Assembly (NCBI GenBank): GCA_963719785.1 | Contig: CAVRCX010000007.1 | Coordinates: 243,414-307,413, forward strand | Direction: 5' to 3' | Length of the DNA stretch: 64,000 nucleotides | Origin: Terriglobia bacterium | Lineage (GTDB): Bacteria; Acidobacteriota; Terriglobia; Bryobacterales; Bryobacteraceae | Part shown: piece by piece, positions 52,397 through 61,672 of the stretch | How positions within the stretch are numbered: the stretch's first letter is position 1 | Layout of the letters: every line of letters starts with the position of its first letter | The notes under the pieces: generated by a model | Told to the model about the DNA's origin: nothing | What the model saw: the letters and a program-made list of their open reading frames with translations, nothing else | Database searches by the model: none | Program-made: the position numbers and the translations under genes

Positions 52397-54187
52397 CTAC
52401 CTAAAGCAGTAAACACAAATCAGTCCGAAACAAGCAATGCCAAACGTTAAAAAAGCAACATAATCTCCCGGGTGTCCGCTATGTATGCGATGCAGCAAAG
52501 CCGCTGGTCTCGCCCCGATGTTCGAAAGCTCTCGCAACCGGGGACTGAAGAGATGCGCGCCCGCCAGCGCCAAAGCCCCAATAACGGTGAACAAGCCGGT
52601 GGATGTGCGCGGCGGGATCCGCGCGGGCGCGCGTGGAGCGGCGAGCGGCTCTCCCTCGAGCACCCGGGCCGCATAGCCATTCGTATTCTCGAAATTCCCA
52701 GCGGCCGTAATCGCAGCGCTTCGAAGTGCCGGGATAAGACCCAGCAGCAGACCGGCGGAGACCAACACAGCGGACGGCAGAAACATGGAGGCAGGTGTGC
52801 GCTGATGGCCACGCTGCGTTTCCGGCTTCTCCTCGTGCTTTGGGGCACTCCCCCGGTCCCCCCTCGAACCCCATCCGAAGAAGATCCGGCCTCCCGCCCG
52901 TAGTGCGGCGGCGGAAGTCACGACGGCCGCAAACATTGCAATCCATCGCACCCAGGCCAAAGCGGTCCCGTGGGCCGCGGCATCCATCAAGCCGTCCCCC
53001 GCCGCCAGACCTGAGAACGGAGGCCCGGCCAGTCCTGCTGCCCCCGCCATCCAGACAACGGCGGTCCATCGCTCCCGACGCCCTTTATCCCCCAGATCGT
53101 TTTCATTGACGCTTTCGAAACGGTGCAACAGAATGCCCGCGACCAGGAACAGCCCGGCCTTAACCAGCCCGTGTCCCAGAACGTAAAGCGCCGAACCCGC
53201 CAGGCCTTCCGGGGTGAACAGACCGATGCCGATCGCCATAAGGCCCGCGTGGCTGATGGTGGAAAACGCCAGCAGACGTTTAATATTGCGCTGTAAGTAG
53301 CACATGACCGCACCGGCAAAAGCTGTAATCACACCCACAGCAACAAACAGTCTGGACATCCCGGCCAGGTGCGGATGCATTGTGTTGGCGAAAACGGCCC
53401 ACCAGATTCTCGCCAGCGCGAAAAGACCCATCTGAACCATCACCCCCGAGAACAGGATGCAGACCGGAGTAGGCGCGACAGCGTGAGCATCCGCCAGCCA
53501 GAAATGGAACGGAACCACCGCAGCCTTCACCAGATAACCGCAGATCAGGAATCCAAACGCGGTCAGGACAAGAGAATCCACTGGTCCCTCGGCGAGCGCC
53601 CGACCCATCTGCGCCATATTCAAAGCCCCTGTCCGGGCATAAAGCAGCGCAATGCCGGTGAGGACGAAGTAAGCCGCAATTGTGTTGGTGACAGCGAAAT
53701 TCAAAGCGCCCTGCAAGCTGCCTGGATCATCCGTTTTGTAAGCGCATAACGCGAACGCCGCGGCGCTCATCAGTTCGAAGAAAACGAACATATTGAATAA
53801 ATCGCCGGTCAGGCAAAATCCACACATCGCAGCGAGAAAGCTCATCAGCAACGCATGGAAATGGTTACCGGCGGTATCGAAATATTCGGACGAAAATACC
53901 AGCGCCGCCAGGGTCAGCAAGCTGGCCAGGGCTGCGAGCCCGGCTCCAATCGGCTCGATCGTGAATGAGATGCCCAATGCCACACCGTGCCGGGGACGCC
54001 AGTTCCCGAACCAGTAAACGATTGGTTGTGCCGCCGAAGCGCGCAAGAGAAGGGAGTTGACGATGAGCGTGGCCAGCGTTGCAGTCAGTGCGATCCATTG
54101 CGACACACGCTGCGAAATGGCTTTCGCCAGCGCCGCCAGGAGCGCCGCCGTTAAGAGCGGAATGATAACCGGACAAACCGGAAGCAT
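52397..54187 (-). CDS. mnhD: Na+(K+)/H+ antiporter subunit D (MrpD/MnhD; NuoL/M/N-like proton-pumping subunit)
   Basis: 596 aa, polytopic, with NuoL/MrpD signatures (...WLADAHAVAPTPVCILFSGVMVQMGLFALAR..., ...STISHAGLMAIGIGL...). Confidence 0.85.
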   Translation of the reverse strand: MLPVCPVIIPLLTAALLAALAKAISQRVSQWIALTATLATLIVNSLLLRASAAQPIVYWFGNWRPRHGVALGISFTIEPIGAGLAALASLLTLAALVFSSEYFDTAGNHFHALLMSFLAAMCGFCLTGDLFNMFVFFELMSAAAFALCAYKTDDPGSLQGALNFAVTNTIAAYFVLTGIALLYARTGALNMAQMGRALAEGPVDSLVLTAFGFLICGYLVKAAVVPFHFWLADAHAVAPTPVCILFSGVMVQMGLFALARIWWAVFANTMHPHLAGMSRLFVAVGVITAFAGAVMCYLQRNIKRLLAFSTISHAGLMAIGIGLFTPEGLAGSALYVLGHGLVKAGLFLVAGILLHRFESVNENDLGDKGRRERWTAVVWMAGAAGLAGPPFSGLAAGDGLMDAAAHGTALAWVRWIAMFAAVVTSAAALRAGGRIFFGWGSRGDRGSAPKHEEKPETQRGHQRTPASMFLPSAVLVSAGLLLGLIPALRSAAITAAGNFENTNGYAARVLEGEPLAAPRAPARIPPRTSTGLFTVIGALALAGAHLFSPRLRELSNIGARPAALLHRIHSGHPGDYVAFLTFGIACFGLICVYCFR

Positions 54188-54188
54188 C

Positions 54189-54533
54189 TTATCCCGAGAC
54201 TTTACTGAGACGGTCCGGATTCAGTGTTCCGTGACCCTTGTGAATCTGGACCGCCAGTCCAAGCAGGATCGCGATAACCGTCACTTCGACCACAATGTCA
54301 GTCAGCATCAAAGCCTGCACGATCGGATCGACAGCCGGCGTGTTGGCTGGGATGTCGACGAAGACGGGCGCCACCCGCCCCACCCTGTAGCCGATCGCAA
54401 GCAGCAGAACATAGCTCGAAGATTGAATTACCCCGATACAGATCACCAGATGAATCAGGTTACGGCTGGTGATGACGCCCCAGAGCCCTGCAAGGAACAG
54501 CCAGGCCGCAACGGCATAAGGCAAGTGATTCAC
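54189..54533 (-). CDS. mnhC: Na+/H+ antiporter subunit C (MrpC/MnhC; NuoK-like)
   Basis: Roughly 114 aa with three transmembrane helices. LPYAVAAWLFLAGLWGVITSRNLIHLVICIGVIQSS is the MnhC/NuoK pattern. The start is probably the internal GTG (VNHLPY); the listed ORF extends to 54596. Confidence 0.7.
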   Translation of the reverse strand: MNHLPYAVAAWLFLAGLWGVITSRNLIHLVICIGVIQSSSYVLLLAIGYRVGRVAPVFVDIPANTPAVDPIVQALMLTDIVVEVTVIAILLGLAVQIHKGHGTLNPDRLSKVSG

Positions 54534-55282
54534 TGTTCCTTCTCTTCCACCAGTTCCTCCAGGTAGGCCAACACGGCCAACGCCAACCCCCCGCAAACTT
54601 CAAGGCCGACGCCGAGATCGATCAGCGCCACGATGCCTCCGGAAGTGATACTGCCGCTTTTTCCCAGTGGCAGGAAATTCTGCAGAAACAAACCTCCCGC
54701 TCCTGCGCAGGCCGCCCCGATCAGGATGTATGCGGCAGCGCCGAGCGCTTCCCCGACCTCCACCAGGCGTTGAGGTACCGCGCGCCGGAACTGGTTGTAT
54801 TCGGCGCAGAGATAAAGCAGCAGAAGCGCGGTCGCGAGAATCACTCCACCCTGGAATCCCCCGCCGGGCGAAACTTGCCCATGGGTCACGATGTAGATGC
54901 CGAACAAAAACGTCGGTGCCACCAGCAGCATCGCCATCACCCTCACGGCGTCGCTCACCGCAGGCACGATGCGCCCGTCGATCCTGTCTTCGTGGTCTCC
55001 TGCCGATTCGTCGTTCTGACGCCGCATCAGCAGCAGAACACCCACCACGGACGCGAAGAGAATGAACTCTTCACCGAGGGTATCGAAGCCGCGAACATTA
55101 AAGTTCACAGCCGAGACAGCATCGGTTATGTGGAGTTCCGGCACGGTCAACGCATTCACCATGTCACCGTATTCGCTGTGAACGCGGCCCGCTGGCTCAA
55201 GCTGGCTATAAGCAAGGAAGAAAGAGACCGCCAGCGCGGCTGCCGAGACAAGAAAAAAGATTCTGCGGAATCCTCTCGTCAA
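54530..55282 (-). CDS. mnhB: Na+/H+ antiporter subunit B (MrpB/MnhB; DUF4040 plus MnhB domains)
   Basis: 250 aa, polytopic. ...GFDTLGEEFILFASVVGVLLL... is MnhB-like. Confidence 0.8.
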   Translation of the reverse strand: MTRGFRRIFFLVSAAALAVSFFLAYSQLEPAGRVHSEYGDMVNALTVPELHITDAVSAVNFNVRGFDTLGEEFILFASVVGVLLLMRRQNDESAGDHEDRIDGRIVPAVSDAVRVMAMLLVAPTFLFGIYIVTHGQVSPGGGFQGGVILATALLLLYLCAEYNQFRRAVPQRLVEVGEALGAAAYILIGAACAGAGGLFLQNFLPLGKSGSITSGGIVALIDLGVGLEVCGGLALAVLAYLEELVEEKEQ

Positions 55283-55530
55283 GTCCTGGGCCCCTGTTTT
55301 CTCACCCGCGCGAGAGCCAGCAGAATCATCAGCGGTAGTGCAATCGCTCCCACCACGATTTGGGAGAGCCCGACATCGGGCGCCTGAAAAATCAGGAACA
55401 TGATACCGAGCAGCAACCCATAGAAACTCACGACGATGGCTTGAGACGCAGGGTCGCGAGTGAGCACCACGGCAGTAGCCGCCACGGCCACAAACACAAG
55501 AATGCCGTTCTGCAGCATGTGCTCGCTCAT
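55279..55530 (-). CDS. Small Mrp/Mnh membrane subunit (MrpB N-domain / DUF4040-like, 83 aa)
   Basis: Three transmembrane helices. Its start and stop overlap both neighbouring mnh genes. Confidence 0.6.
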   Translation of the reverse strand: MSEHMLQNGILVFVAVAATAVVLTRDPASQAIVVSFYGLLLGIMFLIFQAPDVGLSQIVVGAIALPLMILLALARVRKQGPRT

Positions 55531-55865
55531 TCCAGTCCCCTCACGCGTCGAAAATTCTCATCGGCTCGCGGGGTTAGCTGCTGTTTCCGTCGAATACGGG
55601 CGGCGCGGGCAGTCGCATGCGAGAGCACTGGGCTCGAAAAGAAAAGCAGCAGAGCAATCAGAATGGCTTTCGCGCCCGCCTGCGACAAGCCCTCTTGCAC
55701 GACTACCGCCGCCGGTATCGCAATCGCTCCGATCACCGACCCCGGAGCAAGATAATGAATCTGTTCATAAACATCGTCACTCATAACAAGGCCCATGGAG
55801 GTCAGGGCAAATCCCGCGATGCCAAATCCCAGCAAGACGGCAACTGCAATGTCACGACCCGTCAT
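55527..55865 (-). CDS. mnhG: Na+/H+ antiporter subunit G (MrpG/MnhG)
   Basis: 112 aa with three transmembrane helices. The gene overlaps its neighbours in the mnh cluster. Confidence 0.7.
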   Translation of the reverse strand: MTGRDIAVAVLLGFGIAGFALTSMGLVMSDDVYEQIHYLAPGSVIGAIAIPAAVVVQEGLSQAGAKAILIALLLFFSSPVLSHATARAARIRRKQQLTPRADENFRRVRGLE

Positions 55866-56107
55866 AGCCAGCGCTCAAGAAACCGTGCAAACACTAAGCC
55901 TGCTCCGAATGAAAGCAGAGCCAGGGTCAAAGACAAGTCCACAAACGGGACTCGCCGGTCAGCCTCGGCGAGGCACAGCAGCACGATCACGCAAATGGAA
56001 CTGGCGCCTTCAAGTGCCACCAGACGGCTGACGATATCCCCCCGGATGCAGCGAACAAAGGGTCCCGCAAGGCAAATAAGCAGCGCGATGGCGGTCCAAT
56101 TCCACAT
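55862..56107 (-). CDS. mnhF: Na+/H+ antiporter subunit F (MrpF/MnhF)
   Basis: 81 aa with three transmembrane helices. ...RCIRGDIVSRLVALEG... resembles the MnhF GxxxDR region. Confidence 0.7.
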   Translation of the reverse strand: MWNWTAIALLICLAGPFVRCIRGDIVSRLVALEGASSICVIVLLCLAEADRRVPFVDLSLTLALLSFGAGLVFARFLERWL

Positions 56108-56111
56108 TCCT

Positions 56112-56597
56112 TCATTCCTCGAGGTTTCTGGTCAGCGGGGGTAAAGTTGTTGCGTTGAGTTGGTGAACCAGCAGGTCTGGATCGGTCACGTCGATGTCGA
56201 CAATGATTGAATTCGGCGCCGTACTCAGGAACAGAACCGCCAGAGCGCGCTGTGCAGCCCCGCGGCAATTGGTGCCTGTGTGGAAACTCCCGAGCAGAAA
56301 CTCACTCTGAACCGGGCGCCGCAAAACGTGCCCGACTAGATTCCGTAACAGATACCCCATGTCCCCGACAATCATTCCCGGAAGCCGCCGTGCTTGAGCG
56401 AGCCAGCGCAGCCGGGGTTCGAAGCACAACGGAACCGCTCTCAGGCCTGCATGCAGCACGAGGACCGACAGTGCCGCGCCGGCCGCGCCAGCCAGCAACT
56501 CGCTCATTGGCAATTGAAAGACGAAGAGCAGCCACATCAATGTCAGCACGGACCACTGAAGCATCATGCCGGTTGAGCTTTGCACATTCGCGACCAT
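56112..56597 (-). CDS. mnhE: Na+/H+ antiporter subunit E (MrpE/MnhE)
   Basis: Two N-terminal transmembrane helices and a cytoplasmic domain. First gene of the cluster. The true start is MVANVQ, the Met at aa 31 of the listed ORF. Confidence 0.7.
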   Translation of the reverse strand: MVANVQSSTGMMLQWSVLTLMWLLFVFQLPMSELLAGAAGAALSVLVLHAGLRAVPLCFEPRLRWLAQARRLPGMIVGDMGYLLRNLVGHVLRRPVQSEFLLGSFHTGTNCRGAAQRALAVLFLSTAPNSIIVDIDVTDPDLLVHQLNATTLPPLTRNLEE

Positions 56598-56646
56598 TGA
56601 CCCTGGTCGCACACCAGTTGACTCGCAACTATGCGGACCAACACAC

Positions 56647-57201
56647 CTACCGGTACCAGTCCTGATCGTGGTGGTACCGATACCCATTCTGCTGGTAATC
56701 GGGGTCGGACCACGTCGCCACGTGCAACGGCTGGTTAAGCCGAAAATTCAGGATTGAGCCGTCGGGAACACGAACATGTTCACCTCTTGGTTCGACCTGT
56801 TCGCCATTTGCTCCGGCGATGGCCCCGAGAATTGAGCCAACCACGCCATTACCGCGATCATAGTCGGTTTGCGGCATGGTGTACTGAGGACCGGTTGTAT
56901 CGAGAACGTATCGTTGGCCGTTGACAGTGATCGATTCCAGATCGATCGTGTATTGGCCAGGCCCGATCTGTCGTACGATCAACTCGGCAGGCGATCCACG
57001 CGGGATGACAAGATCTCCATCGCGGCCCGTAACATCCTGCGCGACGTGAGCGGGATAGATACGGCCCCGATCCCAATGCGCCACGTCAATCGTTTGATCG
57101 GGGCGTATCTGGAGGTTCACGCCTGGAGGAATAAACGCCGCCGCCGCAGGAAAATAGCAACACGCCAAAATTGCGGGAATGATCACAAATGACCTGGACA
57201 T
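56647..57201 (-). CDS. Hypothetical secreted protein (184 aa)
   Basis: Signal peptide MSRSFVIIPAILACCYFPAAAA. No recognisable domain. It lies upstream of the mnh cluster on the same strand. Confidence 0.45.
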   Translation of the reverse strand: MSRSFVIIPAILACCYFPAAAAFIPPGVNLQIRPDQTIDVAHWDRGRIYPAHVAQDVTGRDGDLVIPRGSPAELIVRQIGPGQYTIDLESITVNGQRYVLDTTGPQYTMPQTDYDRGNGVVGSILGAIAGANGEQVEPRGEHVRVPDGSILNFRLNQPLHVATWSDPDYQQNGYRYHHDQDWYR

Positions 57202-57356
57202 TATTTCGTACCTCTCTTAAGACCGGGGCAATTTGCGTTCCATCTGATGCACGGAGCGAGGCATACTGGCCGGTTGGGATGAACCGGGACGCGTACAACT
57301 CCGACCGGCGCGGGGGTACGATAAGCGGTGGGATTCTCCGCTGCGAGTAACGTTAC

Positions 57357-58859
57357 TTACATCCGCCAGTTGATCGCGAATGTGAGGCGGTTCTCGTGCT
57401 TCACAAGGTCGGGCACGAAGGTGCCAGGCGTCCCCTGCCATCCATCCGGCGATGTGGTCCCGCCGGGACCCGCAAAGTACGGAACATCCGAATGGCGGCT
57501 GATGAATTCAAAGCGGAACGCCAGAAAATCCGTGGGCATGACGTCGAAGGTCGAAGTCACATCCCACAGCTTCAGACTGTACTGATCGCCCGTGGTCAGG
57601 AACCCTTCCGGCGTCGGAGGCAGGGCCAGATAGCGACCCGGATTGGTCACCGCCTCGGCGCGCACCGTCCATGCCAGGTGGTCGCGATCGAACCAGATGC
57701 GGTTGGCCAGGGACGATCCCAGCATATACTCCTTGCGGCCCGGGAACGGGTTTACTCCGCCCCATTGCGCTCCGTAGTGGCTATTCAGGCTGAAGGCCAT
57801 TTTCGAGATCAACACCGACTGAGGAAGGTTATAGTAGCGCAGCAGAACGCTGTCGTCGTGGTGGAAACGTTTCCGGCCCGGCTGGTCTTTGGTATCGGTG
57901 CCATAGTAAAAATTAGCCACAAAACCAAGATATTCGCGGGGCCGCCAGTAGTTCGACAAGCCCACGGAACTGTTCTTGTTCCACTTGCCATAACTCTGCC
58001 ACCCATTCATCACCCAGGGCTCAATCTTGATCTTGTTAGTCGGAAAGAGCTGAACCCGCGCGCCGGAGAAATAGAAAGGCGTCATGTCGGAGAGAAAAGA
58101 ACGGTTGTAATTCCAGTTCTCCGCCAGCAGGTAACTCTCAAGGCCGATGTAAGAGTAGAAGTAGCCGGCCTCAACGTTGATCCCGTAAAGTTTGTCGAAG
58201 TGGTAACCCGCCACGGCCTCGCCAATGTACTTGTTGTTGGCGATGGACAGGTTGCGGCCCCGATTCACAGTCTGGTCCAGATCCTGAGTCACGGCGATTT
58301 GATTCCCGGCCTGAAGGGTAATCTTGCCGATCACGTTCTTATAGTTCGTGTCAAGGCCGATGGTCGCGTTGTTGATTTGCCATTCGGTGTCGCGACCCAC
58401 CGCCCCGCTCCCGACAATCGTGTCGTCTTTCGGATGATTGAAAGAGTAGCCATAGTAAGTATCGAGATAAAGGTTGACAGTCGCGAAAGAATTGGAGAGT
58501 GGCTGGGACTTCTGGCGGCTCTGTCCATTCATCCAGGTGAAATCGCCAAATGCAAAAGGCGCCGGATTCGGCGTTGCTTCCTCAGCCACTGACGCCCCCC
58601 CGGGACTGGCCTGCGCGACCGGACCGGCCGGCGGTGCCGCGCCAACAACGGGACTGGCCGGGGCCGGAGTTGCCGGCGAAAACGCGTCCAGTCTCGACTC
58701 CAATCCGGCCAGACGTGCTTTCAGTTCCCTGACTTCTTCCCGCAGCGCCTGGACTTCATTCGCAGCCGCGGTTTGCGCAGGGAGCGGAGATGGCAACACG
58801 GAAAACAGAATGACGATCGCCGGCAGTCGCCGTGAGATGGAAACAGTTTGCTTCGACAT
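57357..58859 (-). CDS. Outer-membrane beta-barrel porin-like protein with an N-terminal periplasmic coiled coil
   Basis: A signal peptide, then a coiled coil (NEVQALREEVRELKARLAGLESRL), a Pro/Ala linker, and about 380 aa of alternating amphipathic beta-strands rich in aromatic residues. The C-terminal ...RLTFAINWRM ends in an aromatic residue plus Met. Confidence 0.7.
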   Translation of the reverse strand: MSKQTVSISRRLPAIVILFSVLPSPLPAQTAAANEVQALREEVRELKARLAGLESRLDAFSPATPAPASPVVGAAPPAGPVAQASPGGASVAEEATPNPAPFAFGDFTWMNGQSRQKSQPLSNSFATVNLYLDTYYGYSFNHPKDDTIVGSGAVGRDTEWQINNATIGLDTNYKNVIGKITLQAGNQIAVTQDLDQTVNRGRNLSIANNKYIGEAVAGYHFDKLYGINVEAGYFYSYIGLESYLLAENWNYNRSFLSDMTPFYFSGARVQLFPTNKIKIEPWVMNGWQSYGKWNKNSSVGLSNYWRPREYLGFVANFYYGTDTKDQPGRKRFHHDDSVLLRYYNLPQSVLISKMAFSLNSHYGAQWGGVNPFPGRKEYMLGSSLANRIWFDRDHLAWTVRAEAVTNPGRYLALPPTPEGFLTTGDQYSLKLWDVTSTFDVMPTDFLAFRFEFISRHSDVPYFAGPGGTTSPDGWQGTPGTFVPDLVKHENRLTFAINWRM

Positions 58860-58946
58860 TCATATAGACTATCTGAATCGGCTCGATCAAAAAAATCGAT
58901 TCGGCGCTTGGCCTTCACGGCTCCGGCACCGCCCCATGGCACGAAC

Positions 58947-59189
58947 TTAGGCCGGATTTCGACCATGCAACCAAAGCTCTCGAGTAATAGACGCAACAGC
59001 CTCTGATAAGCTCAAAACTTTACAATTCATTGGGATTTTGCCTGAAAGTGACAGCCCGCGTTGACCAATTACGCCGACACGCTCGTCAGCTTCATCTGGG
59101 ACGTTGATCGCGTCCAGGTCGTAGTTGAATCGCGCGGCGTGTTCATCGCGGATTCCGCGGATTTCTTCAACTATAGGATCATTCACCAT
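58947..59189 (-). CDS. Small hypothetical protein, paralog A (80 aa). Its conserved N-terminal 28 aa are shared with the divergent paralog B.
   Basis: MVNDPIVEEIRGIRDEHAARFNYDLDAI... The C-terminal half has diverged and runs into the porin upstream region. Confidence 0.4.
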   Translation of the reverse strand: MVNDPIVEEIRGIRDEHAARFNYDLDAINVPDEADERVGVIGQRGLSLSGKIPMNCKVLSLSEAVASITRELWLHGRNPA

Positions 59190-59271
59190 GTTTCCAGTCT
59201 CCCATCAACTGCTCCGGCGAGCACCTTGTTCGGGTGCACCTCTCCGGAACAATTAATGGGAGACTGAAAAC
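59190..59271 (+). repeat. Core of a roughly 280-bp imperfect palindrome. The 16-bp inverted repeats GTTTCCAGTCTCCCAT / ATGGGAGACTGAAAAC flank an 82-bp spacer between the two divergent paralogous ORFs.
   Basis: The arms extend into both coding regions. The first ~90 nt of each ORF are about 70% identical as reverse complements. Confidence 0.5.
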
Positions 59272-59475
59272 ATGGTGGACCCGATCATTGAGGAAATCCG
59301 GAAAATCAGGGAAGATCACGCTGCCCACTTTGACTACGACGTCAACGCGATTGCCGACGATCTGAAGAGGCGTCAGGACGAACGCGGCACGCCTGGGGTT
59401 TCCTTCCCTCCTAAACGAGTCTCGGGCGCCAAAGGTGCCGCGGATGCACCTCCCGCGCTGAACAAGGCATCCTGA
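59272..59475 (+). CDS. Small hypothetical protein, paralog B (67 aa)
   Basis: MVDPIIEEIRKIREDHAAHFDYDVNAIADDLKRRQDERGTPGVSFPPKRV... I know this small-protein family only as hypothetical. Confidence 0.45.
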   Translation: MVDPIIEEIRKIREDHAAHFDYDVNAIADDLKRRQDERGTPGVSFPPKRVSGAKGAADAPPALNKAS

Positions 59476-59594
59476 ACCGACCTCATGGTCGATTGCCGCA
59501 GCAAACCGGGAAGTCCGCCGTCAGGCGCTTACCCTCCCTCCCCGTCGCTCCGTGCGCGCCCTTCAGGAGATAATCGAATCAGGACCGCACAGCC

Positions 59595-59855
59595 ATGACC
59601 ATTGAAATCCGTCAACCCGAACTGGAAGCCCTCATTCTGGAAAAAATGGAGAGCGGCGCCTTTCAGACCGTCGATGAGCTGCTCATGACGGTCTTGAAAT
59701 CTACCCGATCGGACCTGCTGGAAGAAGAACTCCATCGCCGGCGCTTGTTCGATTGGCTCGAAAAAGCCGGGCCGGGCTGGAATCTGGAGCGTCATCCGGA
59801 GTTGGCCTCCGGTGCCGCCCACTGGGTTGACGAGCTTCGCCGAGGCCACCGGTGA
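59595..59855 (+). CDS. ParD-like (COG3609-type) antitoxin. It is an orphan, and its 3' end runs into an IS21 fragment.
   Basis: [36 protein letters not shown] matches the ParD pattern (...L..FI...V.SGRY.SASEVVR..LRLL). No ParE follows; the truncated istA starts at 59812. Confidence 0.5.
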   Translation: MTIEIRQPELEALILEKMESGAFQTVDELLMTVLKSTRSDLLEEELHRRRLFDWLEKAGPGWNLERHPELASGAAHWVDELRRGHR

Positions 59856-60843
59856 CGAGCAGTTGGCGAATTGGATCAGCGCACACGTGCGTGCTTTCGA
59901 GTTCTACCAGGGTGTTCCGAAACTGGTGGTGCCCGACAACACTAAGACCGGCGTGACGAAAGCCTGCCGTTACGATCCCGATCTGAACCCCACGTATCAG
60001 GAGATGGCCATGCATTACGGCGTGGGCGTGGTTCCAGCGCGTCCCTACAAGCCGCGCGACAAGGCCAAGGTCGAGTCTGGTGTGCTGCTGGCCGAGCGTT
60101 GGATCATAGCGGCACTGCGCCATCGGAAGTTCTTCTCAGTCGAGGAACTGAACCATGCTATCCGTGAACTGCGCGACCGCATAAATCAGAGGCCGTTCCG
60201 TAAGCGCGAAGGCTCCCGTGCATCGCAGTTCGCGGCTCTCGACAAGCCTGCGCTGAATGCTCTGCCTGCCGAGCGGTTCGATCTCAGCCAATGGTCTCGC
60301 GCACGAGTCAACATCGACTACCACATCTCGTTCGACACTAACTATTACAGCCTGCCGTACAACCTCGTGCAGGAACTGGTGGAAGTGCGGTCAACGCCGA
60401 CCACCGTCGAGCTTTTCCACAAGGGCCAGCGTGTCGCTTCGCATCTGCGTGCGCGTGGTCATGGGCACACCGTGACCATCGCCGAACATCGCCCACGATC
60501 CCATCAGGAACATCTGGAATGGACCCCCTCACGTATGGTGCACTGGGCGGAGTCCATCGGCCCTCACACAGCGCGTCTGTTCGAACGCATCCTTGCCGAC
60601 AAGCCACACCCGGAGATGGGCTATCGCGGTTGCCTGGGCATCATCCGGCTGGCCGGGCGGTACTCGCCAGTTCGCATGGAGGCCGCCGCCGAACGAGCGC
60701 TGTTAACCGGAGCGTGCCGCTATCAGAGCGTAAAGTCGATCCTGAAGAATGCACTCGACCAGCAGCCGCTTGGGACGCCGACATTACCGCCAAGCCCACC
60801 GTCACCGCACGACAACATCCGCGGTGCCGAGTACTTCGAATAG
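59812..60843 (+). pseudogene. istA: IS21-family transposase IstA, truncated at the 5' end (missing the N-terminal helix-turn-helix and the first half of the DDE domain)
   Basis: ...[40 protein letters not shown]... corresponds to the middle of IstA (...W...AF.FFGGVP...VDN.K...). Only about 340 of the expected roughly 500 aa are present. Confidence 0.8.
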
Positions 60844-60854
60844 GAGCCATCGAC

Positions 60855-61598
60855 ATGCTGGAACAACCAATGATCGAAAAGCTCCTGAGTATGCGGTTGC
60901 AGGGAATGGCGGATGCGCTCAAAGCACAGGAACAGGACCCTGGGGTGCGGGAGTTGAGTTTCATCGAGCGCCTGTCCTTATTAGTGGATCAGCAATGGAA
61001 CTGGCGCGAGAACCAAGCGCTGGCGCGTCGATTGAAGACCGCCAAGCTCCGCCACAATGCCTGTATCGAAGATATCGACTACCGCGCGGCGCGGGGTCTG
61101 GAAAAGACTGTCATTCGCGGACTGGCGAAGGATTCGCAGTGGGTCCAGAACCACGAGAATCTTTTCGTTATCGGACCGACAGGCGTTGGGAAAAGTTATA
61201 TCGCCTGCGCTCTGGCTCAGAAAGCGTGCCGCGATGGATACTCGGCGTTCTACACACGGGCGGCTGCGCTGTTCCGCGACCTGGCGCTGGCTCGTGCCGA
61301 CGGAAGCTTTCGCAATCTGCTCGCACGGTTGAGCCGGGTTGATGTGTTGGTGATCGACGACTGGGCAATGGCGCCGCTGTCGGAGCCCGAACGTCGTGAC
61401 TTCTGGGAAATTTGCGAAGATCGGTATCAGGTCCGCTCGCTAGTTCTCACGTCACAGTTGCCCGTGACCCGCTGGCACGAACAGATCGGCGATCCGACGG
61501 TGGCTGATGGCATCCTCGACCGGCTAGTTCACAACGCTCACCGTGTCGAGATGCGTGGAGACTCGATGCGCAAAAATCGCGGAAAGACGAGCGCATAG
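60855..61598 (+). CDS. istB: IS21-family helper ATPase IstB
   Basis: Walker A GPTGVGKSY, DnaA/IstB-like AAA+ motifs and ...VDVLVIDDW... (Walker B). It starts 12 bp after the istA stop. Confidence 0.85.
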   Translation: MLEQPMIEKLLSMRLQGMADALKAQEQDPGVRELSFIERLSLLVDQQWNWRENQALARRLKTAKLRHNACIEDIDYRAARGLEKTVIRGLAKDSQWVQNHENLFVIGPTGVGKSYIACALAQKACRDGYSAFYTRAAALFRDLALARADGSFRNLLARLSRVDVLVIDDWAMAPLSEPERRDFWEICEDRYQVRSLVLTSQLPVTRWHEQIGDPTVADGILDRLVHNAHRVEMRGDSMRKNRGKTSA

Positions 61599-61672
61599 CC
61601 AGACGCCGCCCGCGTCCCTCCGTGCCGCGTCAGAAGAATTCCCTGCAAGTCCCATTCCCGCCGATTGAGCAG

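Larger units (their letters stand above)
59812..61660 (+). mobile_element. 5'-truncated IS21-family element (copy 1). The left end has been deleted.
   Basis: Truncated istA followed by an intact istB. The right terminus was not resolved. Confidence 0.55.

Noticed and set aside
57396-58592. A 398-aa plus-strand ORF
   Set aside because: Antisense to the porin-like beta-barrel gene, with no motifs.
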